Part shown: positions 33,874 through 45,159 of the stretch, one piece after another
Position numbering within the stretch: the first letter of the stretch is position 1
Layout of the letters: every line of letters starts with the position of its first letter
NCBI GenBank assembly: GCA_965261345.1
Contig: OZ253449.1
Coordinates: forward strand, 1,280,001 to 1,344,000
Reading direction: 5' to 3'
DNA: 64,000 bases
DNA from: Chloroflexota bacterium
Lineage (GTDB): Bacteria; Chloroflexota; UBA11872; VXNJ01
The notes under the pieces: generated by a model
Told to the model about the DNA's origin: nothing
Database searches by the model: none
The model's input: the letters and a program-made list of their open reading frames with translations, nothing else
Translations under genes and position numbers: made by a program

Positions 33874-34554
33874 GGTCGGCAGCTCGCTTTTCTGCGGTGG
33901 TGGCTATGGTCGCCGGGCGATCGCGGCAATTGGATTGCGGGGGTGTTTGACTGCCCCGGTTCGGCCAATTCTTGCCTACTCGCGATACGGCGCTGCTATT
34001 GCCGGGCGTGGCCGTGAGTTTCCCTCACCGGCGCACCGTGGCGAAATCTTTGGGCACGATTCGGTCTCCATACTTAGTTGGAACCCGGTCACGCCCGGGA
34101 ATGGGCGAATTCCGGATTGCGCCTCCGCTGTAATGCGATCCTCCGCCCAATTTCTCCAAAGGTTGCAACGCTGAGGTAAAGGTCGGAGGTCCGCTGTGAA
34201 GCAACCGAAAAAATTTAGGCACGGTTTATACCCAGCCGGCACAGCCTCGAAAGCACATCGGAGTCAAACAAGAACGCGTAGACGCCAGGAGGCCTAGGCG
34301 ACCATTGGAGGCGATCAAATCCCCGATCATCCCGCGGGTTCTGAATTGACAGTTCATCCAAAGTTGGGGGAGTCAGCTTTCTTAAGACTTCGCAGTTCGA
34401 TCGTTGTCGCACATGATTGAAGGTGGCCCGAAAAATTCGGTGAAGAGGCTTTGTGCCCGCAAAATTGCGGGTTTTCCATCGGTCCGCATGGGGCGGTCCT
34501 TACGCTGGGCGCGTCAATATCCAGTGATCCAAAAATCGTTCGAAAGTCGCATCC

Positions 34555-35538
34555 ATGCCGGACAGATCCATTTCAAGCCTTGAAACCGTAGATCTGCGGA
34601 CCGTCTGGGCGGACGAATCCCAGCATTTCACTCCTTGGCTGGCGAAACCCGAGAACCTGGCGCGCTTAGGGGAGGCTCTGGGGCTCACGCTTGAACCGCA
34701 CCGCACCGAGCAGCAGGTCGGTAGCTTTAGCGCGGACATTTTGTGCCGGCGGCCCTCCGGTGGCGACGACGACGAGTCGTGGGTCGTGATCGAGAACCAG
34801 TACGGTCGAACGAATCATGATCATCTGGGAAAGCTGCTTACCTATACGGCTGGATTAGATGCACGGACCGTGGTTTGGGTCGCTGAGAAATTCCGCGACG
34901 AGCATAGAGCTGCTCTAGACCTTCTAAACGACAGCACCACGCAGGACTACGCGTACTTTGGCATTGAAATTGAGTTGTTAAAGATTGACAACTCGCGGCC
35001 GGCGCCTCGGTTCAACGTTGTCGTCCAGCCGAACGACTGGGCGCAAACGGTCAAGCGCACTGGCTTCGACAGTGAGCTTAGCGAGACCAAGCGCCATCAA
35101 CTCGATTTTTGGACGGGGTTCCAAGGGGTTCTCGAAACGGAAGGAGGTATTCCCGCCACACGACCAACGCCAACTGCGTACATGACGCACCAAGTTCCAG
35201 TAGCAGGAGTCAGGGTCGTTTCGTTCTTTACGGCGTGGAACTCCGCCAGGGAAACCTTCTCGATCGGCGAACTGCGGGTGGCGCTAGAGTTCTATGGCTC
35301 GGATCGTAAGACGAACTTCGACAAGTTTTCACAGTCAAAGGAATTGATTGAGCACGACGCCGGCCAGTCTTACCTTTGGCAACCATTGGAATCCGAGTCG
35401 ACGCACCGGATCCTAGTCCGGAAAGATGCGGAAATTAAGGCACGCCAATATTGGCCTGGCTACCAGGCGTGGCTAAAAGCCGAGGTCAAACGCATGTTCG
35501 ACGTAGTCGTTCCGAAGGCGCTCGAAGCTGCCACGTAG
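34555..35538 (+). CDS. DUF4268-family protein with N-terminal PD-(D/E)xK-like nuclease domain
   Basis: VWADESQHFTPWLA, ADILC, VVIENQYGRTNHDHLGKLLTY. Confidence 0.8.
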   Translation: MPDRSISSLETVDLRTVWADESQHFTPWLAKPENLARLGEALGLTLEPHRTEQQVGSFSADILCRRPSGGDDDESWVVIENQYGRTNHDHLGKLLTYTAGLDARTVVWVAEKFRDEHRAALDLLNDSTTQDYAYFGIEIELLKIDNSRPAPRFNVVVQPNDWAQTVKRTGFDSELSETKRHQLDFWTGFQGVLETEGGIPATRPTPTAYMTHQVPVAGVRVVSFFTAWNSARETFSIGELRVALEFYGSDRKTNFDKFSQSKELIEHDAGQSYLWQPLESESTHRILVRKDAEIKARQYWPGYQAWLKAEVKRMFDVVVPKALEAAT

Positions 35539-36520
35539 CCGGCCGCTGAGACAACCTGCCCTGCCGGCTTATAGCTGCTTTGCGCACCGCCACTGAAGGC
35601 CTGCCCACGCTTGACCCAAATGCAATGGCCAAGGATCTGCCAATGGACCGAGCCTGGTTAATTCCATCGCTTCGGACGGAATTTAGTTTGCCGGCGCTTT
35701 TTTGCGATTACCATGTGGGCCAACGGTATTCCAACTTTGAAATGCCCGGACCAGAAGTGCTACGGCGCACTCGGCGGCTGGTACATGTCTCGCTGACCTG
35801 GGCGCAATTTGCAAGGCTGCTTGACGACGCGGAGCAGATTGCCAACGCTACCGAGTCGGACATGCCTGACGGTGCAAAGTTGATCGCGTCGGTGCGGGAC
35901 GCTTTACGCCGCGCCAATCGAGTTATGCGGTGAGATTGGCGTGACGCTTCCGCCTCCTGCAATCCATCAATGGCCAAGGACGCTATTTAGAGGTTCTCCG
36001 CCCCAGCCGAATCAATCAAGATCCTTCGGTGCGCAAAAGATCGCATTCGGTGACGCCCCAGAGCCATTAGGATAGGTTATTTCCAGCGCTTAAAGGGTCA
36101 ATTCCTCACGCTTGCTCCGCCTGCGGGCGGAGCAGTGAATCGGCCTTAATTTGGACTTTTGACGCTAAGCCGTTCGCCGCGCTGCGATCTTTTGCGCAAT
36201 CCGGGCGGCAGGATCCACATTTCGGATCCAAAGCCGGTCATCGCACCGTCAAACACCAAAGAATTAGGTTCCCCTTCCCGAAGTTCGTTTTGGGCGAGGG
36301 TGAATTCAATTCCGTGCATCGAAAGATTGACAAGGCGACGTTAAGGTCGCGATTGGTGGCCTTGCTAGCAGCAAGGGCCGAGTGAGTGGGGAGCCAATTA
36401 GCAAATTTGAATCCACTCTACTCGCCAAAATGGGGTGGAGTTTCCGCCGTCCGATCGCAGCGCCAAGCCCGTGAACGGGTCCCCGGCAGCACCCCTCCAT
36501 CCGCGCCCCTGGAGGGCACC

Positions 36521-38284
36521 ATGGCTTCTCAAAGAGCACCAACCGGAGTCGTCCGCGAGCGAAACGTCATGATCCCCATGCGAGACGGGGTGCGTTTGGC
36601 GTGTGACGTGGTCCGCCCTGATGCTCCGGGCAAGTTTCCGGTTCTTGTCACCCGGAACCCCTACGGGCAAGGTACATACGTCGATGACCCGAACCATTCC
36701 GTCTGGTTCTTCTCCAGCCGGGGCTACGTGGTTGTGAGCCAAGACTGTCGTGCTCGCTTCGAGTCCGAAGGCGAGGAGTACAACCCGCTATTCCAGGAAG
36801 TCCAAGACGGTTTCGACACCGTGGAATGGGCCGCCCGACAACCCTGGTCCAATGGCCGGATCGGGACCACCGGGCAGTCCTATATGGGCGCAACCCAGTA
36901 CACCCTGGCCACCAACAACCCCCTGCCCCCGCACCTCCAGACGATGGCCCCGGTCTCAGCCTCTTCCGATTTCCACCAGAGCTGGGTGTACCACACCGGC
37001 GGAGCAATGGAATGGGGCTGGATGGTGCCCTACGCCATCCACAAAGGTCGCAACACATTGGAGCGATTGGGCCGCACCGACCTGTTGGAAAAGGTCGAAG
37101 AGTATCTTCTGCCGGCAGACAATTTCGCCCAGCCGCTGACCGACGAATGGTACCGCCACTTGCCCCTGAGCGACTGGGTGGATCTGCTGAAAGAAACAGC
37201 GCCCTACTTTAAGGAGTACCTGGCCAACGAACAGGACGGCCCGTACTGGTGGCGCGTCAATCTGAACCGCCACCTGGCGGGCATTACCATCCCCATGCTC
37301 CATGTCAGTTCCTGGTACGACATCTTCTTGGAAGGTGCGCTCAACGCTTATAGCGGCATCCGGGAGAACGGCGGCAGCCAGCTGGCGCGGGAGAACCAGA
37401 AGCTGCTGGTCGGTCCCTGGGCGCACATCCGCCCCTACACCGCGCCGACCTCCGGCGGAACCGGCGATATTGATTTCGGCGAGGATGCCCGGATCGAGCT
37501 GCACGAATACCTGCTGCGTTGGTTTGACCAGTGGCTTAAGGACCGAGACACGGGCATCATGGACGACCCGCCGGTCAACCTGTTTGTGATGGGCGAGAAC
37601 CGCTGGCGCTCCGAGAACGAGTGGCCTCTGGCCCGCACCGAATATACCCAGTACTATTTCCACTCCGACGGCTCGGCCAACACTCGCTTCGGCACCGGGG
37701 TCCTTTCCACCGCTCTTCCTGGCGATGAGCCGCCGGACTCCTACGTCTACGACCCCCACGACCCGGTGCCAACGCGCGGCGGCAACACGCTGATCATTCC
37801 CTTCGGTGTCGCCGACCAGAAGGAGTTGGGCGAGCGGCAGGACCTGCTGGTCTATACATCTGAACCACTGGACCGGGACTTAGAGATCACCGGACCCATC
37901 AGCGTCCGCCTTTTCGCCTCCTCCAGTGCGGTGGACACTGACTTTACCGCCAAGCTGGTGGACGTGCGGCCGGACGGCTATGCTCACAATCTCCAAGACG
38001 GGATCATCCGCGCCCGTTACCGGAATTCGGCTTCGCAGCCCTCACCCATCACTCCGGGCAAAGTCCACTCCTACATCATTGACCTGTGGGCCACGAGCCA
38101 CGTCATCCGGGCGGGTCACCGGCTGCGCGTTGGGATCTCAAGCAGCAATTTCCCGCGATTTGACCGCAACCCCAATACCGGCGCGCCCATCGGCCAGGAC
38201 GCGCGCCTTATGACCGCCCGACAGATAGTCCACCACTCGCCAGCCCACCCTTCGCACATCGTTCTGCCGGTAATACCCAGGTAG
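36521..38284 (+). CDS. CocE/NonD-family (peptidase S15) hydrolase
   Basis: IPMRDGVRLACD, RNPYG, QPWSNGRIG..GQSYMG, SWYDIF, VGPWAH, SSNFPRFDRN. Confidence 0.92.
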   Translation: MASQRAPTGVVRERNVMIPMRDGVRLACDVVRPDAPGKFPVLVTRNPYGQGTYVDDPNHSVWFFSSRGYVVVSQDCRARFESEGEEYNPLFQEVQDGFDTVEWAARQPWSNGRIGTTGQSYMGATQYTLATNNPLPPHLQTMAPVSASSDFHQSWVYHTGGAMEWGWMVPYAIHKGRNTLERLGRTDLLEKVEEYLLPADNFAQPLTDEWYRHLPLSDWVDLLKETAPYFKEYLANEQDGPYWWRVNLNRHLAGITIPMLHVSSWYDIFLEGALNAYSGIRENGGSQLARENQKLLVGPWAHIRPYTAPTSGGTGDIDFGEDARIELHEYLLRWFDQWLKDRDTGIMDDPPVNLFVMGENRWRSENEWPLARTEYTQYYFHSDGSANTRFGTGVLSTALPGDEPPDSYVYDPHDPVPTRGGNTLIIPFGVADQKELGERQDLLVYTSEPLDRDLEITGPISVRLFASSSAVDTDFTAKLVDVRPDGYAHNLQDGIIRARYRNSASQPSPITPGKVHSYIIDLWATSHVIRAGHRLRVGISSSNFPRFDRNPNTGAPIGQDARLMTARQIVHHSPAHPSHIVLPVIPR

Positions 38285-38689
38285 GCCGCCGCGGGAACGT
38301 CCTCCACGGACCGGGAAATTGGTTACGTCATCGAACCAGCGCGGCCGCGAATTGATCGGGACGCATTCGCGGCGCGAGATTCTTAAGAACGCAAGTAGAT
38401 TTTTCCGGTAACTGGCAAAAATTGCGTTTCTTGATGCCTGCGAACAAACGCTCCAGCGAGGCTGCCGGGCCGCGCTGGATCGCAAAGTCGTCTCAAGTCG
38501 TCTCAAGAATTGCGCTGACAGCCAATTCGTGGTCTGCATGTTGCATCCCACGAGTTCGAACACCACCCCAATCGGGCAAGCCCGCGCTTTAATCGGCGCG
38601 ATTCAAACTCCCGGACGGTGGCGGATCCCCTGCTTCGGGTCGACTTTGCGACGCGATGCCGATTTGCCCCGGCGCCAACATGGAACCGA

Positions 38690-39469
38690 TTACTGCGCGG
38701 TGTAGCCGCCGTCCACCATCATCGGTGCGCCAGTGACGAACGATGACTCATCGGAGGCCAGATAAAGGGCGGCATAGGCAATGTCTTCGGGGCGGCCGAG
38801 TCTCCCCAACGGATGCTTGCCGAGCAAGATATCGCGGGTCTCTGAGTTTTCGGTGAGTCCGGTTATCAAGTTGGTATCGACATAACCCGGGCAGATACAG
38901 TTGACCCGGATGTTGTCGCCGGCGCAAGCGAGGGCCAAATTGCGGGTTAATTGAAGCACCCCGCCCTTCGACGGAGGGTAGGGGTTGAAACCACCCATGA
39001 TGCTTGGAATGTCCGACGAGTAGCCCACGACGGCGATGATTGACGCCAGATTGATGATCGAGCCACCACCGTTGCGCTGCATCTCCGGAACCGCGTGCCA
39101 GCTAACCAGGTAGGTGCCTTTTAGGTTGATATCGAGAACGCGGTCCCAAATCTCTTCCGGGCTGGCATCAGGCCCGGTGGCGTTGCGCGGGGATACACCG
39201 GCGCTGTTGACCAACACGTCGAGCTTTCCGAATGCATCCAGCGCTGCGTTGACCATCGCCTTGGCGTCATCAGTTCGGGAAACGTCCCCGATTACAGTGG
39301 CGACGTTGCCACCGGCGGCCGCAACTGCGTCTGCAGTCTGCTGGGCGGTGGTCTCGGAAATGTCGGAGACGACTATCCTTGCGCCCTCACGGGCGAACAG
39401 CACGGATGTGGCGCGGCCTATCCCTGAACCCGCGCCGGTCACCAGGGCAACCTTGTCCTTGAGCCTCAT
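38690..39469 (-). CDS. SDR-family oxidoreductase
   Basis: TGAGSGIG, NSAG, YPPSK, IRVNCICPG. Confidence 0.92.
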   Translation of the reverse strand: MRLKDKVALVTGAGSGIGRATSVLFAREGARIVVSDISETTAQQTADAVAAAGGNVATVIGDVSRTDDAKAMVNAALDAFGKLDVLVNSAGVSPRNATGPDASPEEIWDRVLDINLKGTYLVSWHAVPEMQRNGGGSIINLASIIAVVGYSSDIPSIMGGFNPYPPSKGGVLQLTRNLALACAGDNIRVNCICPGYVDTNLITGLTENSETRDILLGKHPLGRLGRPEDIAYAALYLASDESSFVTGAPMMVDGGYTAQ

Positions 39470-39941
39470 GTCATCCTCCGGGGAAAAGTTGCATGGTGTC
39501 AACATCGATGCAAATCGTAGCGTGCCGATAAACGCGGCCGGTAAACCACCTTATCGCCACGGGACCACGACCGCCAGGATCAGACTTTTAAACACCATCG
39601 TTGCGATTTTCAACACATCATCTTTAATCGGCGCGGTCCTGTTGCCTCGATCACCTGTCTAGTTCACAAATAATGTGAGGCAACGTCCTGGTTTGGATGG
39701 CAAGGACAGTAAGTTAATTCGCCGGCAACAGAGTTCGTCGTTGCCAACTTACGTTTTCCGGTTGGGGCAGATGACCCGGGATCTCCATTGATCTGGGAAC
39801 CTCGACCGCCGAGAGTTCGTTTTGCCTTGCGGTCCGAATTGCGCAGGCGTGCGGAAGCCGTCGGTGGGCAAACACGTAGGCCCACAATGTTGTGCGTGGC
39901 CGGGCAAAATCGATCCAGGCCCCATCTGGTTGGAATTGAAC

Positions 39942-40826
39942 ATGGAATTTGCAAACCCCCAGCATCTGGTTTCGACTGATTGGCTGGCAGAACATTTAAC
40001 TGATAAGAATGTCCGCGTCTTCGAGACCACCGTCTTGCTTGGATTCCGCGACGATGGCGGTGGATACATTGTCGATTCAGGGCGGCCGGGGTACGAATCG
40101 GGACACATTCCCGGCGCGGGATTCCTGGACTTGCAGGCGGATTTCTCCGACAACGATCAGAAATTGCGCTTCATGATGCCCTCGGCCGACTCCTTCGCCG
40201 AGGCTGCCGGGCGGCATGGAATTTCAGAGTCGTCGCAGCTGATCCTCTACGACCGCGCGGGTTCGATGTGGGCTGCGCGGTTTTGGTGGATGTTTCAGTC
40301 GATGGGTTGCAAGGGCGCTGTGGTCCTTAACGGCGGCTGGGATCGCTGGATATCCGAGGGTCGTAACGTAACGACCGACGCTGCCAAGTACGAGTCGACC
40401 GCCTTCGCCCCGAATCCCGATCTCGACAGGTTTGCCGCCCTGGATGAAATCACGGCGTTCATCGAGTCCGACCGGGCTGGCGGAAGCTGCCTTATCAACG
40501 CTTTGGGACGAGAACAACACTCCGGCGCCGATGGCGGAATCAGGTACGGCCGCGCGGGGCACATTCCCGGGTCGACCAATGTTCCTTCTATGGAGCTAAA
40601 CGATCCCGATACCGGACTCTACCGGCCACCGCAGGATCTGGCGGAACTTTTCGTGCAAGCGGGTGCGGACAAGTCAAAGCGCGTGATCACATATTGTGGT
40701 GGCGGCATTGCGGCATCCAATGACGCCCTCGTACTCACGCTGCTTGGGTACGGAAACATCGCAGTCTATGACGCCTCGATGTCCGAATACGCCGCCGATT
40801 TATCTTTGCCGTTAGTGGTCGACTGA
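39942..40826 (+). CDS. Tandem rhodanese sulfurtransferase
   Basis: LVSTDWL, GHIPGA, GHIPGS, YCGGGIAA. Confidence 0.9.
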   Translation: MEFANPQHLVSTDWLAEHLTDKNVRVFETTVLLGFRDDGGGYIVDSGRPGYESGHIPGAGFLDLQADFSDNDQKLRFMMPSADSFAEAAGRHGISESSQLILYDRAGSMWAARFWWMFQSMGCKGAVVLNGGWDRWISEGRNVTTDAAKYESTAFAPNPDLDRFAALDEITAFIESDRAGGSCLINALGREQHSGADGGIRYGRAGHIPGSTNVPSMELNDPDTGLYRPPQDLAELFVQAGADKSKRVITYCGGGIAASNDALVLTLLGYGNIAVYDASMSEYAADLSLPLVVD

Positions 40827-41257
40827 GCATCGACGCACGACAGGGTCCTGACTTTGCCGGAAGTTCCAACCGAAATCATTTAAGGGGCGGCTGAACGCAG
40901 CGGCCAGCCGGGCCTTTTTAGTGGTGGCGGCTCCATCCTGCGCCCGGCGTAGCGAATCGCGTCCCGTTACCGACGTGACGAAGCGGCCGCAACAAAAATC
41001 GGGCCGCGTTTCGATGGGCCCGGCCAGTGGCGCTAAACGAGCGTGCGGCAGCGCAATGGCGTGGAACTGAACCCGCCGCAGAACTGGCGCTGGATCCGCG
41101 GGCTGCCAAGTACGTGGCAACCAACACTGTTCCTTCATCGACGCCACCTATATCGGTCCCTCGACTCCCGAACGCATCAAAAGAAGGCCCATCTGGCAAT
41201 TGAGGATTGCGAAGCCAAAATGGCGGACAGCAATAAAACGCAAGATGGGATCTTGGC

Positions 41258-42595
41258 ATGCTGGGCACGACTCAATCCTTGGCATCACGCAATGAGTGGT
41301 CGCAAAAGACCAAATCCGCGGGAGAACGGGCCTTGCTGGAACGGGATATGGCGTTTTCGATTGCGGGAAATAACAATTCCCCCTGCGTCATGTCCGTTCG
41401 AAGCGCCAATGGCATCTGGCTGGAAGATGCATCTGGCAGAAGGTGCGCGGACTTCTACGGCAACAACGCCCACCATATCGGTTACCGCCACCCAGTTCTG
41501 ATCGAAGCACTGCACAAGCAGTTGGATCAGCTCACGTTTACCCCCAGGGGGCTAACGTCAGAAACATCGATCGAGCTCGGCGAGACATTGCCTACGCTGT
41601 GGGGCGATCCTAAAGCCAAGGTTTCGCTCGCGCCCAGCGGCGGCGATGCGAACGACGCGGCGATTTGCGTTGCGAAAGCCAGCACCGGACGCTACAAAAC
41701 GGTCTCCTTCTACGATGCGTTTCACGGACGCAATAGCGGTGCGCTCAGCGTCGGTGGTGGCTATTTTGATCGCCGTACGCTTGGCCCGGTAATGCCGGGA
41801 ACCCTGAAGGTACCACCGCCCTACCGCCATGGAGGCGAGCACCTTGGCTTTAACGAGGAAGCTTATGCGCAGCACTCGCTGGACGCGATGCGGCACGTCT
41901 TCGAATATGAGCGTGATATAGCCGCGGTAGTTGCAGAGACGATACGCAATAACGCGCATCCTCCGCCCGACTGGTATTGGGGAGAAGTGCGCGAGCTATG
42001 TGATGCTTACGGCGCACTAATGGTGATGGACGAGGTCGCGACCGGCCTGGGCAAGTCCGGATGGTTGTTCAATCACGAACGATATGGCTTTCGCCCCGAC
42101 ATAACGACTGTGGGGAAGGCGCTTGGAGGCACCGTGATGCCGGTTGCGGGCATGATCATAAGTCCGGGCCTTGATTTGCCAGAAGATGCCGACCTGGGGT
42201 ATGTGACGCACGAGAAAAACACCATGTCAGCGCGGGCGGCCCTAACGACCCTGGAAATCTTGCGTGACGGTGAGCTCCCGGACCGGGCCAAATCCTTGGG
42301 CGAAAGGGCATACGCACGGCTCGAAGAGGTACGGGAAAAGCATTCCAGCATCCGCGAGGTTCGCTCTGCCGGACTGATGCTGGCGCTTGACCTTAAGAAT
42401 GCCTCGCCCGACCCGATTCAGGCGAAAGCGTTCACCGAGGTGGTCTTTAGGGCCTGCGTGGATGGGGGAGTCCTTCCGATGTTTCCGGAGGGGTCGTCGG
42501 TGACGTTTTCGATTCCCTTGGTGATCGACGAAAGTGACCTAGAAGATTCGATCGAGGTAATTGAAGCGGCCGTTCAAACTGCGGAAAATCTCTGA
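41258..42595 (+). CDS. Class III PLP aminotransferase
   Basis: AFHGR, DEVATGLGKSG, PDITTVGKALGG. Confidence 0.9.
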   Translation: MLGTTQSLASRNEWSQKTKSAGERALLERDMAFSIAGNNNSPCVMSVRSANGIWLEDASGRRCADFYGNNAHHIGYRHPVLIEALHKQLDQLTFTPRGLTSETSIELGETLPTLWGDPKAKVSLAPSGGDANDAAICVAKASTGRYKTVSFYDAFHGRNSGALSVGGGYFDRRTLGPVMPGTLKVPPPYRHGGEHLGFNEEAYAQHSLDAMRHVFEYERDIAAVVAETIRNNAHPPPDWYWGEVRELCDAYGALMVMDEVATGLGKSGWLFNHERYGFRPDITTVGKALGGTVMPVAGMIISPGLDLPEDADLGYVTHEKNTMSARAALTTLEILRDGELPDRAKSLGERAYARLEEVREKHSSIREVRSAGLMLALDLKNASPDPIQAKAFTEVVFRACVDGGVLPMFPEGSSVTFSIPLVIDESDLEDSIEVIEAAVQTAENL

Positions 42596-43229
42596 TCGCG
42601 CACCGGGCTTCCGCCTAGCAAGAGCCGACTTTTGCCTCAACTACCGGCCCAATCCATTCGCAACCGTCCTGCAACTGGAATCGATTGGTATTCGGCGACC
42701 GTTGATCCGACTCGGCGGTCGGTGCTTGCCTGGCTGCCACTAGCAACTCTAGGACCGACCATTAGAACTAATTTCATTTATCTCTAGTACCCAATCCCGC
42801 AGGGGAGGTCGGTACTCGGGCCGTGATTGACGGCACGAGAACGAATCAGCCGAGGATTCGACAGCGTTATTGTTTTGACCGCCAATGATTCGCCGTCGCA
42901 TGCACTTGTTACAAGCGGCACTGCAACAGGTCTGGCTCGGCCGGCAGCTCAAATTAATCCGGGGATGCGCATTGATCCAGACCCGCGTATCAAATCCCGG
43001 CAGGCGAGTTTGATCTGGGCGCAACATTACCGGTAGTTACGCAGCGGCGCAGGGCGGAAAACGATCACCCAATCAAACCTCTGGACAAACTTCGCCGTAT
43101 TTAGCCGGAAGTCGCGAATTTGAGATCAACGTCAAACAGAGTTGAGAGTCAGGTATTCTGCTCCATCCTGCTTCGCCCATCCGCATAATCCAAGCTTGGA
43201 ATGAACACGAGTGAGCGAGGAGTCCCTGA

Positions 43230-43427
43230 GTGGAGAATTTGCGCGAATACAACACCGTTCGATACCTTAGACATAAGGATGGCTTCTTCAAAAACCCCGG
43301 TACAAAGATGCAGGATTGCGTTGACGAATTGAATTACCGCGGCTACCGTGTTGTCTCGGTTGTTCCCTGCGGTAACGGGTACCTGGTAATTGCTGAACGG
43401 ATCTCGGTGAATTCCTTAGTGAGATAA
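43230..43427 (+). CDS. Small hypothetical protein
   Basis: 65-aa ORF with GAGGAG RBS; ELNYRGYRVVSVVP pattern (DUF4177-like). Confidence 0.4.
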   Translation: MENLREYNTVRYLRHKDGFFKNPGTKMQDCVDELNYRGYRVVSVVPCGNGYLVIAERISVNSLVR

Positions 43428-43538
43428 ACGAAGAATTGATGGCACAACCCCATAATTTTGAGGGTGGCCGAATGGGCCGCGATTGGGCAGTAACGGCATC
43501 ATTGTCTGCTGCCCCACGCTGATTTCTGGTTTCGTTAC

Positions 43539-44236
43539 GTGGAATATCGTCCTGGCTCGCTTGTCTCGGCCCGCGGCCGCAACTGGGTCGTCCTGCCACC
43601 AGAAGTTCGCGATGTAGTTCGGCTACGGTCGCTTGACGGGCTGGCGGGCGATGAAATCGGCATCCTGCCGGACCTGGAACCCGGTGCTGTAGCCAGCGCG
43701 AGGTTTCCCTACCCGGATCCTGATCGAACTGTCGATTCGGCAGGCCTCCGTCTCCTATTTGGCGCCGCCCGCCTGCAACTGCGCAGCGGTGCCGGCCCTT
43801 TTCGCTGCATGGGCCGGATCTCGGTTACGCCGCGCCCATACCAGCTTGTTCCCTTGCTGATGGCGCTGCGCCTCGATCCAGTGCAGTTGCTAATTGCCGA
43901 CGACGTCGGAGTCGGCAAAACGATCGAGGCCGGTCTGATCGCGCGCGAGTTATTGGAGCGTGGCCAAATAAGTCGAATCAGGGTCCTCTGCACTCTTCAT
44001 TTGCTTGACCATTGGGAGAGCGAACTATCCGAGAAGTTTGGAATTGACCTTGCGGTAGTTTCCTCCGCGCAGATGGCCCGCTTGGAACGCGAACTCCCCC
44101 GCCCCGACGTGAGCGTGTTTGCCTACCATCGGCACCTCGTCGCCAGCATTGGATTTGGTCAAATCCGACCGCTACCGTGGCTTCTTCCTCCAGTACGTGC
44201 CCGACCTTGTCATCGTGGATGAAGCTCACACCGCCC
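43539..44236 (+). pseudogene. SNF2-family helicase N-terminal fragment (DrmD-like), frameshifted and truncated
   Basis: PRPYQLVPL, LLIADDVGVGKTIEAG; VIVDEAH appears in a shifted frame just before the IS junction. Confidence 0.82.
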
Positions 44237-45119
44237 AGGCGCAGCTTAAGTGACCAGGCGGTCCTGGAAGGTGCCGGCGGCCCTTTCCACTCTTTCCTTG
44301 GCCTGGGCCGAGCCGGCAAACACCTGGCGTATCCCCAGTTCGCGCATTGCCCGCGCGAACTGGGTAGCGCCCTCGGCCAGCTTTGGCTGGCGCGGATCGG
44401 AGGGAGGGAACGAACACGCTGTGGCGGTCGCTGTAGAGGGCCAATGGGATACTGTGGTTCCTGGTCAGATCGCCGAGCAGTTCGAAGTAGCCATAGGCGT
44501 CTTCATCGGGTCTAAAGCATGCCGCCAGGACCTTGCCGGTGGCATCGTCCACCGCCAGGTGCAGGTCCAGCTGGGGATGCTCGTCGCCCAGCCAGCGATG
44601 GTGGCTGCCATCGATCTGGATCAGCATCCCCTCCCTGGGCATGCGCTCTCTTCTTACCCGGTGACGGGGTGGGCGGCGGCGGCGGGGGGCTCTTTATCCC
44701 CGCGGAGGCCAGGATCCGTCTTAAGGTCTGGCGGCTGATCTGTATCGCTTCGCGTTCCTCCAGTAGCTGGACAAGATGGGTGTGATTGGCGTCCGGGTAG
44801 CGATCCCGGGCCAGTTCGATTACTCGGGCGGCCACTGAGTCTGAAGTTGCATTGCCCGGTCGGCGGCCACGGTTGCCGTGGGCCAGGGATTTTTCTCCGG
44901 TCTCGCGATAGTCAGCCAGCAATCGCCAGAACTGGCGCCGGCTCAGGCCGAGCAGGGTTACCGCCTGCCGGGAATCGATCTGGCGGTGCAGGTAGCAATC
45001 AAGAATCTGGCGCCGCGCGTGGGGTAGTTGCTCAACCAATGCCATGTGTCCCAACCTGGAGAGGGGAGTGACATTTTTCCTGAGCAGTTAACTACTGACG
45101 GAATCGCTGAGCAATAACA
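44237..45119 (-). mobile_element. ISNCY/IS1202-like element, 5' part with frameshifted transposase
   Basis: HGNRGRRP, IQIDGSHHRW, AVDDATG, LYSDRHSVF; TGT end at 45119 with two ~20-bp repeats (TGAC..T..CTGAGCA.T.A). Confidence 0.78.
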
Positions 45120-45159
45120 AGTCAATCTCGACCACGTAAAGACCACATCGCCAACACCT

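Noticed and set aside
33070-34174. Long plus-strand ORFs (315 and 229 aa) and similar antisense ORFs throughout the window
   Set aside because: They overlap better-supported opposite-strand genes and have no recognisable motifs; expected in high-GC DNA
38485-38507. Tandem repeat AAGTCGTCTC x2
   Set aside because: Only two units; no array or functional context
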